In this document: positions 40,590-52,509 of the stretch, piece by piece
Numbering within the stretch: the first letter of the stretch is position 1
Layout: each line of letters opens with the position of its first letter
Origin: Lama glama
Taxonomy: Eukaryota
Assembly: GCA_028534125.1 (NCBI GenBank)
Contig: CM052818.1
Coordinates: 36,148,001-36,212,000, forward strand
DNA: 64,000 bases
Direction of reading: 5' to 3'
Program-made: the position numbers and the translations under genes
Notes under the pieces: generated by a model
The model's database searches: none
Told to the model about the DNA's origin: nothing
The model's input: the letters and a program-made list of their open reading frames with translations, nothing else

Positions 40590-40711
40590 GGTGTGCTGAC
40601 CTCCACACCCTGGACACCATGCAGCCCGTGGAGAGGAAGAGGCAGGGCTACATTCACGAGCTGATTGAGACTGAAGAGCGGTACGTGGACGACCTTCAGC
40701 TCGTCGTGGAG
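40590..40711 (+). CDS. ITSN2: ITSN2 long-isoform first exon, start of DH domain ([41 protein letters not shown])
   Basis: ttccacag|GG TGT ... GAG|gtgagg; T|GG = Trp; 122 nt. Confidence 0.96.
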
Positions 40712-43203
40712 GTGAGGGGCGCGCTCTGCGGCTGCTCAGGGGTGGGGTGGTCTCACAGCGACGCATCGCCCCCGACTGTGAGCTCACCGGTAGTGATGGG
40801 CGCCCTCACACCCGCAGAGCCTTCCTCTGCCCGCTGGAAAGGCCGTGACGGTGTCAAGTCCAGTCCTTCTCCCAAATTAGGTAATTCAGAGGGAAGAGAG
40901 AGAGAGAAGGCGCTCAGTGCCTCAGTCGGATGGTCACGGCCCCGTGGAGGAGGGAACAGGGTAGGGAGCGGGTGGGGGGCTCTGAAGCAGACTTCTCTGC
41001 CTCCGACTTTCCTCTGACTATATTGCACTGCGGTTCTGACACCCGACATTTTCATCAACTTTATTTCCAGAGGAATTTGTGAGGCAGTGAGAGTATTCAC
41101 CTAACATTTGTATCAGTTCGGAAGACCAAATAGCATACTGTAAGGTATTTCCCAAATCTCGTATTTACTGTTTGTGTTTGTGCCTGTTAATGTTACAAGT
41201 GACTCCTAAGCTGACAAGAGCTGTTAGAGTGGCACTGTTATATGATCTGTGTTTGAATAAACAAAGTCAAACTTTATACTTCTGTTATGCTTTAGTTTTC
41301 CATGACTTTTGGTTCCCATGAAATGCGTGAAGGCCCTCAGATGAGACCAGTTTAAAACAAAAACAAACAAACAAAAAACACTTAAAGAGCACAAGTGTCC
41401 CCACCAGGCCCACCAGATGCACTGTCTACCTGGCTGGGACGTCCACAGCACAGGGAGCAGAGGCCAGGCCTGCGTCTGCCCAGCAAGGCCGCCCCGCCCC
41501 ATTCTCTACCCCGGATGCAGGCGAGGTCTCTGGACACGGTACCCCGCTTCCTCTCCCACGTGTGCTCTACCGCCCTTCCCGGTTGATAGCGTTCACTTTC
41601 CCCAAGGCTGTGAGCTCCAGAGGGCAAAGACTGGGTGTCCTTCACCCTTCATGCCCAGCACTTGGCCTGGCCCTTTACGGCCTTCCCAGCAGTACTGAAT
41701 TTATGGGTGTTTGTGTCTGTACTTCTCTGACCAGGACAGATGGCCTGGAAGAAAAGCCCATCTGTTTTTTTTTTATTAACCCTTACAAGTGTCAGCCCTG
41801 CTGCTGCTCAGATTCCAGTCCTAAGGGACTGAAAATGGATGTGGAGGCACCCCTCTGACCAGCACAGAAGGTGAACAGGGGCCGGGGGCCTGCCCTGTTT
41901 CAGACTGGTCTCCTAACCACTTGGGCCTCGGCTAGTCCCCCTCTGCCCACCTCACAAGACACTGAGTGGTGAGGCATCATGTCGGGGTCAGGGGGTTAGG
42001 CTGAAAAGCACTGTCCACAGGCAGGGGCCTCTCATTCCGATTCCCTTGGAGGTCCCCAGAGGACCCGACCCTCCTATCCTCCTCTGCTAACCTCACTGAG
42101 GCTGGCGCCAAGCAGGTAATAGAACGAATAAATAGAGTAATGTAAATATGTAAATCACACAGCAAATGACAAGCCAGACAAGCAGATGCTCTTCCTGTCC
42201 TTTGGCAGCACCCCGGAGCAGACTGGCCATCCTTCCAGGGCGCTCTCTCATAGGAGTGTCCACACATCTTCAATCTGATTCTGGATCTGTAGAGGTTTAG
42301 AAGTGTCATTTCATAGCACTTTTATCTGAATTCTTTGAATCCACGTTCAACTCAACACAGTAAACATTAATTAAAAACGATTTTAACAGAGAGTAACGTC
42401 ACGTGTATTTTGGGGAGATGACACATGAGCAGGTCATCTCCCATGACTTCACTGTTTCCTTAAGGCTTGTAAAGTCATTCCCTAGTTGCTTAGTGGAAAC
42501 TTGGACTTAGAATGGAAAAGACTTGAGTTTTGGTTCTGGCTCCTCCGTATTCTAGCTTTGTGACCTGGAGCCCATCACTCTCTCAGCCTTTATTTCTTCA
42601 TGGGTCAGTTGGGAACAATACCTGACTTAGTATGACCTACATTGTCATGAGATTAATTGAGAAACCCACACATGTGCGCGCACACACACAAGCACATGCA
42701 CGTACGTGCGTGTCAGAGCTCCATGAAGTCTCCTTCTGTCAGCCAGCCTCTGAGGTCCACACGGCTTGGTGGTCAGACTTGGGGGTAGGGTGAGTCATCG
42801 CAGTTCCTTTTGCTGCACGTCTCACAAACTGCTTCCAGAACACGGAGGTGCCCCACCTGACAGCGGTCCTGCGGGCCCTTCCCGCGTGTCGGGGCTTTAT
42901 GCCCAGGGTTTGTTTCACCTGTCTAGCTCCCAGGACGTACGAGTGAGGTAGGTGTGAAGTAGGTGTGGGGTAGGTGTGAGACTCTCCTCTTGATGAGACT
43001 GCTGGATTCAGTCCTCAGAATCAGCCCTGATAGGAGCCGAAGTAGCAAAAAATAGGGACACTATGCAATTTGAAATTTAACAATCACGATGTTTATTAGT
43101 GCCATGATCTTAGTTTCTGCATGTGAAGGTCCTGTGTCATTTAGCCCACACAGGCTGTGTACTGCACTTAAGCTGACTTCTTTCTCTTGTGTTCTGAATT
43201 TAG

Positions 43204-43310
43204 GTTTTTCAGAAGCGGATGGCGGAGCCAGGTTTCCTCACCGAAGGAGAAATGGCCTTGATCTTTGTTAACTGGAAGGAGCTCATTATGTCTAACACGA
43301 AGCTACTGAA
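43204..43310 (+). CDS. ITSN2: ITSN2 long-isoform exon, DH ([36 protein letters not shown])
   Basis: aatttag|GTT ... CTG AA|gtgagt; 107 nt. Confidence 0.95.
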
Positions 43311-44196
43311 GTGAGTCGTGAGCGTCGCCCGTCACTACAGCAGGCACCCCCTGCCCAGGACCGAGATCCCACCTCACTCCGCAGCCGGGGCCGCTTAGCA
43401 GACAACTGTCACTGTTTTTTGTTCCCTCAGGCTTTTTATTTTATTATCATTTTATGAAATGCTCTCTAACTGTAAAATGCATAATTATTGAAGTAAAGAA
43501 AAATAACAATAAGAAAATACTTGATTAAGCTAAGAAAAAATTAAATCATTAAACAATACATTAACATATGATTCCAGAATATGCTGGACTCTGTATCAGA
43601 TGGAGTCAGGAGAGAAGCTGCAGTTCGTGGCCCCAACATGACTGGCTGGCAGTCTGCTAAGTCTGGTGTGAAATTCCATTCCTTTGGGTGATTTTCCATC
43701 CCTCATGCCAATGAGGACTTACTCCCTGGTGGAGGCACGCGCAGCCCCAGCGCCCGCCGTCTGTCCACCCTCCCTGGGGCTCAGCCGCACTCTGGGGACA
43801 GTTCCCGTCTCCACCTCCACACTTGGCCTCTGTGGGCTCCTGCTTCCATTTTTCCCCTACAGAGGGCGGAAGTTTCCTTCTTGGTTCAGCCGAGAACAGG
43901 TCAGAAAATTTCAAAAGAAAATTTGCTAAGAAACGAAGCTGAAACCAAAACAATTCCAAAGACCTAGAAACACTCAAGTGCGTAGACTTCATTTTCTTTG
44001 CTAACAGTTCACCCAGGCTGGCTTGGCAGGCCGAGCTTTAAGGCCCTCGCTGCCTCCTTCTGACTTTCCCCCACGGTGCCAGAGATTTTTAGGTAACTCA
44101 GTGGTTGTCATTACGTTGATCTCCCAAGATACTCATCCTTCATTTACCAAGGGGATTCACTTGGGAACGGGAAGTGAGAGAGTGTGTTGGTTGCAG

Positions 44197-44380
44197 GGCC
44201 CTGCGGGTGCGGAAGAAGACCGGGGGTGAGAAGATGCCCGTGCAGATGATTGGGGACATCCTGGCGGCTGAGCTGTCCCACATGCAGGCTTACATCCGGT
44301 TCTGCAGCTGTCAGCTGAATGGAGCAGCTCTGTTACAGCAGAAGACAGATGAACACGCGGACTTTAAAGATTTTTTAAAG
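44197..44380 (+). CDS. ITSN2: ITSN2 long-isoform exon, DH ([26 protein letters not shown]...DFKDFLK)
   Basis: ggttgcag|G GCC ... AAG|gtaact; 184 nt. Confidence 0.95.
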
Positions 44381-44761
44381 GTAACTCCATTCTGGGAATG
44401 TAGGCAGGCTGACCCTGAGCCAGAGGCATGGTGGGGAATCTCAGCAGTGGAGAATGGCATATCCTCATCACTTTCCAGAGGAAACACAAATATGGCAAAG
44501 AATTTTCTGATTGCTTTGAGTTGCCTTTCGAGTTGAGTTGATTTTTCTTGGACCATGATCTTGCCCATCTTAAATAGCAGAGTGTTTTTTAACCCTATGT
44601 AGGTCAGCTACTTTATACTTCAAAAAACATCCAGAATGTCACTTTCTTAATTTTGTAAATGGTATTTATTTTATACCTATCTTATTCCAGAAAGAAAATA
44701 AAATATCTTACTTAGGTGTATAAAATGCAACAAGATAAAATAAAATTTAAAATAAATGGAT

Positions 44762-44943
44762 GGGGGGAGGGTATAGCTCAGTGGCAGAATGCATGCCTGG
44801 CATGCATGAGGTCTTCGGTTCAGTCCTCAGTACCTCCATTTAAAATAAATAAGTAAATAAATAAACCCTAATCCCCACCACCAAAACAAAACAAAACAAA
44901 AAAAGAGTCTGTAGAAAATAAAATTAAAATAAACTTAAAAAAA
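44762..44943 (+). mobile_element. tRNA-Ala-derived SINE (vic-1-like) with 14-nt TSD
   Basis: TSD taaaataaatggat at 44748-44761 and 44944-44957. Confidence 0.85.
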
Positions 44944-45529
44944 TAAAATAAATGGATGAATAAAATGGGACAAAAGGAAATGCCCTTATGAGTAGGAAAA
45001 AAATGGAGACATCAGAAATTAGAGTAATAAACAAAAAGCCTATCTGTGATCCTGCACACATGTAAGACATGTCCTCAGGTGTCATTCACCTTCCAGAAAC
45101 CAGTGAGAAGACAGTGGAAATGGTCTGTTCCATGACGCCCTGGTCATAAATTAAAACAAACAGGTAGTGTTAGAACTGTATTGTTAGAACTGTGCTCAGC
45201 AAGTACACTGTGTACACATTCACTACACATAATATAATGAATCAACATCCTTACAGTGATACAGCAATGAGCCTCGTATGTCTGGTTGTCATAATAGAAA
45301 ATCACATTTTGAGAAGTCCTTTTCATTGATATTGTTCAGTAATAGAAACTATTATTACCGTATGTGTTAATAAAATGGTTAGGAAAATTTAGGAAGAAAT
45401 CTATTTTCTTGCTTTTTTTGCATTTTTACTAGGTTTTTTTGGTTGTGAAGTACTGCATAGCGGGATGTATTATATGGCCCCAGCAGTTCTTTGTGGGAGA
45501 ATGCATAATTTTCATATTTTTATTATCAG

Positions 45530-46165
45530 AAGAGAATGGAAAAATAAACAAAATATAAGATACATAGGCAGAGGAGATAAAATACTAAAAGCAAAATAGA
45601 GAAACTATTAAAGATAAAAGCACAAATGACAGCAATATATCCATGAACAGATACACTGAAAAGAACTGATAAAAAATAACTCTAAATCTAATAGAAAAAG
45701 AGAAAAAACAAACACAAGTAAAAACAAGAATAGACACAAAGTTATTTCTTAAAGTAAAAGGGTATATAATTTAAACATATATGCTAATAAGTGTGAAAGC
45801 ATTAAGAAAACTTGTTTTCTATTAAAGTTTGAAAACTGGCTCAATAAGAACAGAAAATCTAAAGATACTATTAACCAAGGGAAAAAACTGAGTAACTTAT
45901 CCCAAAAGAGGAGCTAGTTTCACTTGATGGATTTGATGGTGAATTCTTGACAGCTACAGAGGAATAGATCATTTCATATTATATAAACTGCTGCAGATCA
46001 CAGAAAAAAATAGAAAGCCTACCTAATTCATCGTATAAGGCAAAAGTGGCTCTGACCCCAAGGCCTGTTTTTGTATTTGTATGTAATTACAAAAATGAAA
46101 AAAACTTATAAGCTGGTATCTTTTATAAATATAGCTGTTAAACTTTTAATTAAAATAATAGTGAA
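45530..46165 (+). mobile_element. Degenerate old L1 ORF2 fragment
   Basis: gatggatttgatggtgaattc resembles the DGFTGEF motif; A-rich sense strand. Confidence 0.55.
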
Positions 46166-46182
46166 TAAAATTAAGCATTACA

Positions 46183-46282
46183 GTGGGAGGGTATAGCTCA
46201 AGTGGTAGAGCGCATGCTTAGCATGCACGAGGTCCTGAAAATAAAGAAATAAACCTAATTACCTCCCTCCCCCTCCAAAAAA
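46183..46282 (+). mobile_element. vic-1-like SINE with internal deletion of the B box
   Basis: gaggtcctg joined directly to the tail; TSD aaaattaagcatt(a/t)ca at 46167-46182 and 46283-46298. Confidence 0.8.
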
Positions 46283-47153
46283 AAAATTAAGCATTTCATG
46301 AAGAGTCTATCATAAACAAATAGGATCATGCCAGAAGGCAACATAATATCACGCTTAGAACAAGACAGGCTTCAGACACGGACTGCTCCAGCTGAAATCC
46401 CAGCCCATCACTGTTTGCTTGTGTGAGCAGCACAAGTTTCTCAACATTTGATGCCTTCATTCCCCTCATCTGTAATCCGGAGATAATCAGATAATACTTT
46501 TTAAGTACTTTAGCACAGAGACCAGCACGTAATAAGCATTCAGTAAATGCTAATTTTATTTTTCTTATGATGATCTCAAGGATGCAAAAATCATTCAGTA
46601 TAAGGCACTGAGGACAGAACCTTCCAATTGGTGGGAAGCAAGGGGTTACCTGGAAATGAACTAGAAGAAACAGAAAGAAACCAAGATCACAGAAACAAAC
46701 ATTAATCAGAATAATCAGATAAATGTGGAACTGTGAGTACATGGGAATGTTTAAAAATAATCAACAGTAGAATTAAATATAGGACTTTTGCCTTCTAAAG
46801 TATAGGAAAAGATTATAAATTTTTTTCAAATAGTGATAAAAATAATGTAAATAGGACATCAGTGTCATTACATTTGTAACAGTAGTAAAAATAAAAGTGC
46901 ATTGTCTCATGATGAAAGGCATGGCATTGATTACATTAAAAAGCAAACTCTAACAATAAGCCGTGTTCTAAAATGTTACTTTTTAAAAAGACCCAGAAAA
47001 TATAGAAATAAATATCATGAAGGTGCTTGTCATAGAAACATGTATAGATATATCCCAAAACAAAAGGAGGAGGCAGTTTTAATATCCCATAATGGAAAAA
47101 GGTTAAGTAAATTATATATAAATGCATTTTTAGTCATTAAAAATGATTATCCT

Positions 47154-47231
47154 GGGGGGTGGGAATAGTTCAGTGATAGACTACATGCTTAGCATGCACG
47201 AGGTCCTGGGTTCATTTCCCAGTACCTCAAT
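47154..47231 (+). mobile_element. vic-1-like SINE head
   Basis: atagttcagtgatagactacatgcttagcatgcacgaggtcctgggttcatttcccagtacctc. Confidence 0.8.
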
Positions 47232-47234
47232 AAG

Positions 47235-47266
<32 letters not shown>

Positions 47267-47327
47267 AAGAAAGGAAGGAAGGAAGGAAGGAAGGAAGGAA
47301 GGAAGGAAGGAAGGCAGGAAGGCAGGC

Positions 47328-47377
<50 letters not shown>

Positions 47378-47490
47378 GAAGGAAGGAAGGAAGAAAGGAA
47401 GAAAGAAAAGAAAAGAAAAGAAAAGAAAGGAAGGAAGAAAGAGAGAGACAGAGGGAGGGAGGGAGGAAGGAAGGGAGAAAGAAAGGAAGA
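47232..47490 (+). repeat. Compound polypurine microsatellite (GAAA)n/(GA)n/(GGAA)n/(GAAAA)n
   Basis: 259 nt containing only four C and no T. Confidence 0.95.
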
Positions 47491-48487
47491 TAGATCATCT
47501 TAGCATCCTAGCTACTCTGTTAGGCCGTGAACTAGTACTGGGAGTAGAAGGAAGCAAGTGTGGTCCCTGGAGTTAACAGTCTGGGTGGGAGGTCATAGAG
47601 ACACCCACCCATGTTACCAGTCCAGATGCGGTGTGATGATAAAGGAAGCCATGGGTTCTTATGGGCCTTGAGAGGGATCACTGGAAAGGAGGGGAGGCGT
47701 CATGGAACGGGAGAGCCAGGACAAGAGGAGGGTAATCTGAGTCTTCAGAGATGAGTATGAATTAGTCAAGTAAAAGAAGAGTAGAAGGGACAGTGTGAGC
47801 GTGGCTCACAGTGGGTGCTCAGTAAATGGTTCTAATTGTTGCTGATGAAGCAGGGGTGATGAGCAGGCAGAGATGGGGGAGACCAAGAGCTACTTACTTG
47901 GCGTCAGTGTGACTCGTAGGCGTGTGTGTGTGTGTGTGGGAAGGTGGGTGGGTGTGAATGGTGCTCCCAGCTCAGGTAGGAATAGAAGTAGAAGAGAATG
48001 AGTTTATGAGGGAAGACGAGGACTTCATTTTGGAGTATGTTGAGGTATCGAGGTGCTTTGGGACATCAGGTGAGGAGAGTAATCCGGCAGGAGTGGAACC
48101 CCAGAGATGGGCTGGGTTACACTGGGACTCATTGCAGGGGATCTTGGGCAGCACCTACAGTTGGGGCGGGCAGAGGGGAAGAAAGGAGAGAGGAAGACCG
48201 CGAAGGTCTGTGGGCAGGGAGACAGCTGAGAGAGTGGTTCTGGAAGCAGTAGAGGGAGGGGTCACACAGACTGTCAAATGCACCAAGAAAGAACTGGAAA
48301 GCTTCCTCTGGGTTTAGCGCATGAGGTGGAATATTCCTGCTGTTAATCTGATACATATCATTTTGGATCCTGAGTTTTAGAAAGAAATTAGAAATCTAAA
48401 AGGCGGTCAAAGTCAGCAGTATAGCCAACATTTCCAGTGTTTTCCCGAGGCTATGATTTCCTCATGAGCCTTTCAATTATTTTGCAG

Positions 48488-48586
48488 AAGCTGGCATCTG
48501 ACCCTCGATGTAAAGGAATGCCCCTGTCCAGCTTCCTGCTGAAGCCCATGCAGAGGATCACGCGCTACCCGCTCCTCATCAGAAGT
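48488..48586 (+). CDS. ITSN2: ITSN2 long-isoform exon, DH ([33 protein letters not shown])
   Basis: ttttgcag|AAG ... AGT|gtgagt; 99 nt; DH signature [14 protein letters not shown]. Confidence 0.96.
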
Positions 48587-48713
48587 GTGAGTGCCCGGCT
48601 GGGGGACGCAGGACCCTTCAGGGTCCACAGAGGCTGATAGTCAGGGAGCCTCCAAGTATGCCAGCCACCCCTCCATGTGGTCTGACTCTAGTGTCTGATG
48701 GATCGGGCCCCAA

Positions 48714-48754
48714 GTGTGTGTGTGCGCACGTGCGCGCGTGTGTGTGTGTGTGTA
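48714..48754. repeat. Alternating purine-pyrimidine tract (GT)n/(GC)n
   Basis: gtgtgtgtgtgcgcacgtgcgcgcgtgtgtgtgtgtgtgta. Confidence 0.9.
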
Positions 48755-49357
48755 ATACATGCAGTCTGAAGGGATAAATCCGTGATGTGGCAAATAAAAG
48801 ACATATCCAGGGTCACTTGGGTTACTTGTCCTCCCCCTGGCCTCTCAGGGTCATGAATGTGTGTTGTCCAGGCAGGGCAAAGCCCTCTAAGTCTCCAGTT
48901 GCGAAGCCCGTCTTGAGCCCAGACGGAGCCGCCCATTTGTACAACCTTGGGGTCCAGTCTTTCTACTGAGATCTGAGTTCATCTCCCCACTGAATACCCC
49001 CCTAGATGTCCCAGGAATCTCCAACTCAGTGACCTAAACAGGTCATCGTCATCCCCTTGCTGTGTCCCACCTCAGCCTGCCGGCTTCACAGTCCCTCTAA
49101 AATTCCATCCGTAAGCAGTGTGGGCCTCGAGCCAATGTGCCTTCTAAGGAGAAGGCAAGCTTTCAAAGGACTATCTCACCAATAATCACTGACGTAATGT
49201 TAATCATCTTACAAAGAAAATCAGTAGAAATAATACTACTGTTGCTTTTATTGATTATGCCGTGACCACTGGTGGTGCGAGCCATGTTACCTCAGTGCAG
49301 ACCTTATGTTACAGGGCTAATGTCTCAGTTATGCCAAACAGGACCACGGATACACAT

Positions 49358-49647
49358 TAAGCCGCAGTCCCTTACCTGAAGTATCTGGGGACACATGTGT
49401 TCCAGAATTCAGAATGTAATTCAAATGCTGCATGTCACGTGACACCCCAGCAAAGCCTGGGCAGCACTGATGACCGCCACATTAGTAGTCCTGCAGTGAA
49501 ATACCTGAATAATCACTGAAGTCGAGTAAATAAGTACATCTCTCCAGCTCAGGTCAGGTTTTGCCACCAAAAGAGTCATAAGAAAAGCTTAAGACCTTCA
49601 GGGCTTTTTCACATTTTAGGATTGTAAATGGAGGACCATGGACCCGC
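49358..49647. mobile_element. MER46C-like TcMar-Tigger element
   Basis: cccttacctgaa...atgtgttccagaattcagaat...caggtcaggttttgccaccaaa. Confidence 0.65.
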
Positions 49648-50256
49648 AGGACCAGGGAGACCAGACAGGAGTCGTCTGTTGACAGGCCCGCTAAGCCCCA
49701 GAGGGACCACACAAAGTTGTATTCTGGCCTCTATCCTTTTACCTTTGGAACATTAGTTTGAAGTCCCTTCAGAATGAACGGAATGCATTTTCCTACACGC
49801 TGACAACACGGTTGTATTATGTTTTTCCCGTGGCAGGGGATTCATCGCTTTCAGTGATCAGTGACCCCAAAAATGCAGTGAACCATTTCATTGCTCTTCA
49901 GCAAGTTAACATACTTATCAAAGGTGCATCCAGTCTATACTGGAGGTTTCACCCTAAAGGCACACAGCCTAAGTTACTGGGGGGAAGTAGAGAGGCGCCC
50001 TTTAACATATGACCTACCCCCCAGACCCAGCCGGAGAGCCACCAGAGACCCGCAGACCTCAGGGCACTGGATCCATGTAGCACTTGGCCCCACTCTTGTC
50101 ACTGAGTCACTTGTATCCCAAGAGCTCATGGAACCCTGAGCCTCTCAAGGGTAAACGATCATCTTGCTCACTGTTGTGTTTCCAGCGCCCAGCACCCAGC
50201 TGGAGGGGCAGGTGGAAGACAGGACATCCCATGTGACGCAGCCCCTTCTCTTCCAG

Positions 50257-50424
50257 ATTCTGGAGAACACCCCCGAGAATCACGTAGACCACTCTTCTCT
50301 GAAACTGGCCCTCGAACGGGCAGAGGAGCTCTGCTCTCAAGTTAATGAAGGGGTTCGGGAGAAGGAGAATTCAGACCGCCTGGAGTGGATCCAGATGCAC
50401 GTTCAGTGCGAAAGTCTGGCAGAG
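50257..50424 (+). CDS. ITSN2: ITSN2 long-isoform exon, end of DH ([56 protein letters not shown])
   Basis: cttccag|ATT ... GAG|gtgagg; 168 nt. Confidence 0.96.
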
Positions 50425-50830
50425 GTGAGGCCTGGGGTGCTGTGCTGGGTGCCGTGGGCAGGCTCTCCAGGGGAACCGGGTTTGGGCCTTTCCCAAGTGT
50501 AGACAGTCTACACCTCAGCTCAGCCCATGTGGATTCACCATTCTGCCCCTTCTTGGGTTGTCATCTTCTTTCTTGTAAAAAAGAGATTTATGTTTTGAGT
50601 TTTTTTAATTCAGCTGGTAGAATCAGTATTCTGTGGGTTTGTAAGGAATTGGTTTCACTGTGCCAGTCTGAATTCTGAAGAGAAGTAAATGTAAGAATCT
50701 TTCGTGTAAAGATGAATGGTTACAGCCACATTCCTGCCTAGAGAGCTCTCCCGCAGCTCCCTGAGGTCCAGGGCACGGGCCTCTCCAGGGGTGCTGGGGC
50801 TCACAAAGTGACAGTTTCTTTCTCTTCAAG

Positions 50831-51046
50831 CAACTTGTTTTCAACTCGCTCACCAACTGCCTGGGGCCCCGGAAGCTGCTGCACAGTGGGAAGCTGTACA
50901 AGACCAAGAGCAATAAGGAGCTGCACGGGTTCCTCTTCAATGACTTCCTGCTTCTTACCTACATGGTCAAGCAGTTTGCTGTTTCCTCGGGCTCTGAGAA
51001 ACTTTTCAGCTCTAAGTCCAACGCTCAGTTCAAAATGTATAAAACG
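50831..51046 (+). CDS. ITSN2: ITSN2 long-isoform exon, PH ([24 protein letters not shown]...FKMYKT)
   Basis: ctcttcaag|CAA ... ACG|gtaagc; 216 nt. Confidence 0.95.
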
Positions 51047-51603
51047 GTAAGCGTCACGTTTTTGGCAGTAGCATCAAGGGCATAACGAGGTGTTTCCTTT
51101 ACCTTAAGGCCTCTTTCCTGCTTGAGCCTGTCCTGGCCTCATGGGACTCTTCACCTGCCTCCTTGTCACTTCCCGGGAAGAAGCCTAGGGTGGCTGGGCC
51201 TTCACTGCCCTCTGACAGCCACCAGCTGGATTGCAGCTGAGTCCATCTCCGCCCCCAGCACATGACATGTGATCCCCCGTCTGCCCACATTCAGCATCGG
51301 GTCTCTCTGTAAAACTGAGGCTGACACAGAGGGCCACGTGTCAGTGCCTGGAGGAGAGACCCTATCCCGTGAGCAGGCGTGGACACTCAGAGCTCCTGTC
51401 CCCAGCTGAGTAACATCTGATCTCCCCTGGACACTTACTTTCACGAAACAGAGGCAGTTTCTTTTCTCCTAAGCATAAGGCTCTGGAAACTAGACCTCCC
51501 TACTCCTCAGCAAGGCTCTTCAGAACAGATGACTCTCTGGACTTAGGCGGGTGGAGTGTTCTGGCCCATTTCACAGCCTGTGTTTTGGCCCCAATTCTTT
51601 CAG

Positions 51604-51725
51604 CCCATTTTCCTGAATGAAGCCTTGGTGAAGCTGCCCACAGACCCTTCCAGCGATGAGCCTGTCTTCCACATTTCTCACATTGACCGGGTCTACACCC
51701 TCCGAACAGACAACATTAACGAGAG
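51604..51725 (+). CDS. ITSN2: ITSN2 long-isoform exon, PH ([41 protein letters not shown])
   Basis: tctttcag|CCC ... GAG AG|gtcagt; 122 nt. Confidence 0.95.
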
Positions 51726-52426
51726 GTCAGTCCTGACCACGTGTGGCCTGCCTGGAAGTCTAGGAGAAAGCCTGACCTCTCCCTCCGCCATAAACTCCCT
51801 CCAGCCTGTGCTCACGCCCTACTAATTCTGCATCCTCAGCGCCTCAGCCAGTCTCCTCCGCCCCAGTCCCACTGGTGGGCCTTGGTTTAGACATGCCAGG
51901 TTACCACAAATGCCCGTAACACACCCCCCTGATTCCAGTGCCTCCCCAGGATCTCCTGAAATGGGAGAGCCAACACCTCACTTCCTGCCGAAATCCCTCA
52001 GGGACAGTCTTGCTCCTTCACCTGCTTCCTGAGTCCCTCCTGTGCCTCTCGGCCCCAGTCCCACCCCTGCACCGCACAGGCCCTGCACTCCAGCCAGAGC
52101 GTCTGCTCTGCCCCGTCCCACGTCCTTGGGTGGAGCGCCCCCTCCTCTGTGCGTGCAGCTCTCTGTGCAGTAGACCTGTCATCCTGTCATGCTGAGCTGG
52201 CACCACATCCTCTCCCTCTGCCCCAGTAGTGTGAGGTGCCGTCAAGAACTGTCTGGAAATTCTCAGCTTTATCCTTAATTGGCAGGCAAGTCTTTGGGTT
52301 GAATTAATGTTAGGGCTGTGACTAGGAACTTGTCAAAGCCGAGGTTAGCGAGTGCAGAGCCCTGGGGCTCCTGGGGGACCTGGTGTGGGAAGGCCGCCCA
52401 ATGGCTGCTCTCTGCTTCTCCTCCAG

Positions 52427-52509
52427 GACGGCCTGGGTCCAGAAGATCAAGGCTGCGTCTGAACAGTACATCGACACCGAAAAGAAGAAACGGGAGAAGG
52501 CTTATCAAG
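52427..52509 (+). CDS. ITSN2: ITSN2 long-isoform exon, end of PH ([27 protein letters not shown])
   Basis: cctccag|G ACG ... CAA G|gtagta; 83 nt. Confidence 0.95.

Noticed and set aside
47143..47498. 116-aa and 105-aa low-complexity ORFs
   Set aside because: Translations of the polypurine microsatellite.
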